From positions 1 to 26,188 of IMG/VR virus record IMGVR_UViG_3300032116_001160: a stretch of 26,188 nt of DNA. One strand, written 5' to 3'. Source of the DNA: a virus (taxonomy: Duplodnaviria > Caudoviricetes). The position numbers were made by a program, and so were the translations under genes. Positions 23,206-26,188 of this stretch are shown piece after piece (position 1 is the stretch's first letter; each line of letters starts with the position of its first letter). The notes under the pieces are model-generated. The model was not told the origin of the DNA. It did not search any database and saw only the letters and a program-made list of their open reading frames with translations.

Positions 23206-23268
23206 AAACGGAAAAATGGGGGAGAGAATGTCGTCAGCAAAACTTGTACCATCTGGGGTAATTAAAGA

Positions 23269-23318
23269 CCCCCGCGCAGCGCTAACTGCCAGGGGCGTGA
23301 CCGACTGCAAAGGAGTCG
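23269..23318 (+). promoter_or_regulatory. Two-hairpin leader sequestering the HNH gene SD
   Basis: CCCC..GCAG-CGCTAA-CTGC..GGGG, then CGACT-GCAAAGG-AGTCG covering AAGGAG, ending 2 nt before ATG 23321. Confidence 0.55.
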
Positions 23319-23320
23319 AT

Positions 23321-23719
23321 ATGACATATCTTAGACCATTTATACCCAGTTCTGTATATAGCCACAAAGAAAATTATTTACGCTATTTGGATTCCAGAGA
23401 GTGGGAAGCCAGAAAACGTGCTTATTGGGAATCTGACCGACCTAATTATTGTTGGGCCTGTAATCTGCCCTGGACCTTAAACGCCAGGGGTTTTAACTTC
23501 CATCACGTTACTTATGCCAATTTATACAACGAGAAGTTGGAAGATTTGGTTTTGCTTTGCACTGACCATCATTCAGAAATTTCAGATGGTTGGATAATGG
23601 CAAAAGGCTTTAGAATGAGCCTTGAACTTTTCACTTATATGTTTATTTGCAATTATCGCGTTGAAAAGGGATTGCCAATAAAACCCTTGATGAAGTTTTT
23701 CAAGGGGTTGATTGACTAA
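23321..23719 (+). CDS. HNH endonuclease (start probably ATG 23321)
   Basis: YLDSREW..RK, CWAC, HHVTY, EKLEDLVLLCTDHH; AAGGAG SD. Confidence 0.82.
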   Translation: MTYLRPFIPSSVYSHKENYLRYLDSREWEARKRAYWESDRPNYCWACNLPWTLNARGFNFHHVTYANLYNEKLEDLVLLCTDHHSEISDGWIMAKGFRMSLELFTYMFICNYRVEKGLPIKPLMKFFKGLID

Positions 23720-25842
23720 TGCAAACACAACCATCAACCGTTCAAATTACTAATCAATCAATCTTGGCCCGCGCTTTAGAATTTTATCTTGAAGGTATTG
23801 TCCCACTGCCAGTAAATCGTCACCGTCAAAAGGCGCCAGCGGTTTCATCCTGGACTCAGTATCAAACCCAGATGCCAACCAAAGAACTTATCATTGAATG
23901 GTTCTCCAAAGCAGATGGCGTCGGCGTTCTTTGTGGGCAAATCTCTGGCAATCTTCTTATGATTGAGTTGGAAGGACGCGCTGCAACTTTGCAGACGATT
24001 GACCTTCTTACCCACCGTGCTAAAGAAAACAACATCATTGACATATTTGAAAAACTAAACAACGGATATGTTGAGCGCTCACCATCTGGCGGCCTTCACT
24101 GGCTCCTTAGAAGTGAAGGAATGGTTCCAGGCAATGAGAAATTTGCTCGCCGTGTAGATGAAAATGGTGTCATCTCAGTATTGGCAGAATCAAGAGGTTC
24201 TGGCGGTTTTGTGGTAACAGCACCGACACCAGGCATCTGCCATCCAACTGGTAACGGCTGGAACATCATTCGTGGCAATCCAAAAACAATCCCGACATTT
24301 ACTGAAGATGAAGTTGATGCATTGCGTGAACTTTTCATTTCTTTAGACGAGATGCCCAAAGAGCAATACAGAGAACCAATCACACGAATGCGCACTGAAG
24401 GTCAGATGCTGCCAGGTGATGATTTCAATGCCAGAGCAACGTGGGATGAAATCCTGATTCCTGACGGCTGGACTAAACTTCATACTGATTCAATGGGTAA
24501 GACAGACTGGCGCAGACCTGGTAAGGATTATGGAATCAGCGCCACTACTAACTATCAGGGCAACGACCTGTTTCACATCTTCACATCATCGGTAGCCCTG
24601 GACTCTGACCGTTCATACAACAAGTTTGCCTATGTTGCCTTAACTAAATTTGGCGGCGACTTCCAAGCCTGTGCCAATGCCCTACGCCAGCAAGGTTATG
24701 GCCAGGTCAGTGAGATTAGTTCTTTCAACTCAATGCCAGTTGCCGATGCCTATGGCAATGTCACTGCAATCGGCGGAGTCACCGCCCGTGACCCACTGGA
24801 AGTAGAAGTTGAACGCCAAAGGATGCGACTTGAAGCATCCAAGATAATCAAACAAGAAGAAGCAGCAAAACAATACAAAGACCCTGTTTTTATCACTAGC
24901 CTTAAAGATGAACTACAGTTGCCCGAAAAACAGGCTCAATGGGTCATTAGAGACGTTTTCCCGCAAGGTGCGAATATCTCCATTACAGCGCAATATAAGG
25001 CTGGCAAAACGACACTGGTGAACGCTTTGGCCAAGTCTCTGGCTGATGGAACAAAATTCTTGGAGTATTTCCAAGAGCCAATCCATCCCCGCCGAATTGT
25101 GATTTTCAACTATGAAGTCTCAGAGAATCAATATCGGCGCTGGATGAAAGACGTCAACATAAAGCACGCCGACCACGTGACCCTGGTACATCTACGTGGT
25201 GAGCGTTTGCCTATGATTGTTGACCGTGTTCAAGAATTGGTCATCAAGATGCTTACTGACCTTGATTGCGGAACCTGGATTCTGGACCCATTTGCTCGCG
25301 CTTTTGTTGGAAGCGGAGATGAGAACTCAAACTCTGATGTCGGAGTTTTCTTAGATACGCTTGATTACATTAAAAAACGGGCAAATGTGGATAACTTGGT
25401 GATTCCGATGCATACAGGCCGCGCCCAGGAACACGGCATTGAACGCGCTCGCGGTGCTACACGCCTAGATGACTGGGCTGACGTTCGCTGGTTGCTTTCC
25501 AAGACAGAGGAAGGCCGATTCTTCGCCGCCGATGGACGTGATGTATTCCTAGAGCAGCAACAGTTGACCTTTGACGAAAACACCAGGAATCTCAAACTTG
25601 GGGGCGCCAGTGCCAAGGTTGCTAAGAAGATGGCGATGGAAGATAAATTTGTTCAAACCGTTACCGCTCATCCTGGTAAAAGCACCAATGAGTTGTTTGA
25701 GTTGATGGGAGTGGACTCAACTTCAAAGCCTATGCGCAATGCTATGAAGTCTGCCTTGCACTACAACAGGGTCAAAACCTCAACAGTCGGAACTGCAAAA
25801 ATCTGGTATCCAGCGGATTATTTAAGGAGTTTCGATGAGTAA
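23719..25842 (+). CDS. Bifunctional primase-polymerase fused to an AAA/RecA-like (RepA-type) helicase
   Basis: N-terminal KAP..SWTQYQ, GVLCG.ISG, SPSGGLH, RGSGGFVVTAP; WRRPGK; Walker A AQYKAGKTT, Walker B ILDP, HTGR, RGAT. Confidence 0.9.
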   Translation: MQTQPSTVQITNQSILARALEFYLEGIVPLPVNRHRQKAPAVSSWTQYQTQMPTKELIIEWFSKADGVGVLCGQISGNLLMIELEGRAATLQTIDLLTHRAKENNIIDIFEKLNNGYVERSPSGGLHWLLRSEGMVPGNEKFARRVDENGVISVLAESRGSGGFVVTAPTPGICHPTGNGWNIIRGNPKTIPTFTEDEVDALRELFISLDEMPKEQYREPITRMRTEGQMLPGDDFNARATWDEILIPDGWTKLHTDSMGKTDWRRPGKDYGISATTNYQGNDLFHIFTSSVALDSDRSYNKFAYVALTKFGGDFQACANALRQQGYGQVSEISSFNSMPVADAYGNVTAIGGVTARDPLEVEVERQRMRLEASKIIKQEEAAKQYKDPVFITSLKDELQLPEKQAQWVIRDVFPQGANISITAQYKAGKTTLVNALAKSLADGTKFLEYFQEPIHPRRIVIFNYEVSENQYRRWMKDVNIKHADHVTLVHLRGERLPMIVDRVQELVIKMLTDLDCGTWILDPFARAFVGSGDENSNSDVGVFLDTLDYIKKRANVDNLVIPMHTGRAQEHGIERARGATRLDDWADVRWLLSKTEEGRFFAADGRDVFLEQQQLTFDENTRNLKLGGASAKVAKKMAMEDKFVQTVTAHPGKSTNELFELMGVDSTSKPMRNAMKSALHYNRVKTSTVGTAKIWYPADYLRSFDE

Positions 25843-25987
25843 GGATGTCCGATTTGTCTTATTGCCCAAAAAATGGGCAAGAAGCATAACCAGGGTTCTA
25901 CTTATTGGTGGTGCCTATATAGAGGCACCAATAAGTAATACGACTTCATTGTTGCCCATAATGAAAACGGAAATGGGCAACCAATGA
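25835..25987 (+). CDS. Possible small hypothetical protein (50 aa)
   Basis: AAGGAG SD; MSKDVRFVLLPKKWARS...; ATGA overlap with the next gene. Confidence 0.45.
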   Translation: MSKDVRFVLLPKKWARSITRVLLIGGAYIEAPISNTTSLLPIMKTEMGNQ

Positions 25988-26188
25988 CATCTTCTGATTT
26001 CAAACCCATCATTTGTAGTAAGTGCGGCACCCTGGTTTGGTCGGGCATTTCTTGGGCTGGATTTAGCAGGTTGCTCAACAAAGAGCGCCTGACCATTGAG
26101 GAAGAAATCATCAAGAAGTTATCAGGGCTTCAGACCTATGAAATCCATCGGACCAGAGTTTCCTTTGAAGCGGTGGAAAGAAGCGCCA
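25984..26188 (+). CDS. Hypothetical protein with CxxC motif, 3' truncated
   Basis: MTSSDFKPIICSKCGTLVWSGISW... open to the window edge. Confidence 0.65.
   Translation, partial: MTSSDFKPIICSKCGTLVWSGISWAGFSRLLNKERLTIEEEIIKKLSGLQTYEIHRTRVSFEAVERSA

Larger units (their letters stand above)
1..26188. mobile_element. Tailed bacteriophage genome segment (siphovirus-like, HK97 fold), probable actinobacterial host
   Basis: Contiguous portal-protease-capsid-connector-tail-lysis module plus phage replication genes; tight ATGA/TAATG gene overlaps; no host housekeeping genes. Confidence 0.97.

Noticed and set aside
23229-23252. Second PafBC-like promoter (TGTCGT...TACCAT) before the HNH gene
   Set aside because: Spacing is 12 (or 9 from CGTCAG) rather than 10; the TACCAT -10 may be real but the class cannot be assigned

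Overview
The whole window is part of a tailed dsDNA phage genome (siphovirus-like, HK97-type head), most likely infecting Actinobacteria given the WhiB regulator, Cas4-like exonuclease and actinophage-type lysis and early genes. A freshwater low-GC actinobacterial host is my inference. Left to right it contains: the end of an array of [carbohydrate-binding/tail-fibre-like gene + ~50-aa partner] cassettes; a compact tyrosine recombinase with an apparent leaderless promoter; a GT4-like glycosyltransferase; portal; multidomain prohead protease; major capsid protein; a GT2-like glycosyltransferase; head-tail connectors; two tandem paralogous major tail proteins; a tail chaperone with a -1 frameshift; tape measure; tail tip and fibre; a lysis cassette; a leftward microprotein operon ending in an RHH regulator; a divergent promoter region; and a rightward replication/recombination operon (HJ resolvase, WhiB-HTH, SLT, Cas4-like nuclease, SSB-like, HNH, Prim-Pol/helicase). 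No terminase or CI-like repressor is visible. Most notable: (i) a recombinase abutting repeated adhesin cassettes, a candidate host-range shuffling system; (ii) intergenic hairpins whose loops are complementary to the phage's own ribosome-binding sites; (iii) two glycosyltransferases bracketing the head genes that share an RBS hairpin; (iv) a PafBC/RecA-NDp-like promoter; (v) a tRNA-like element. All family calls come from motif recognition by eye; no database searches were run.
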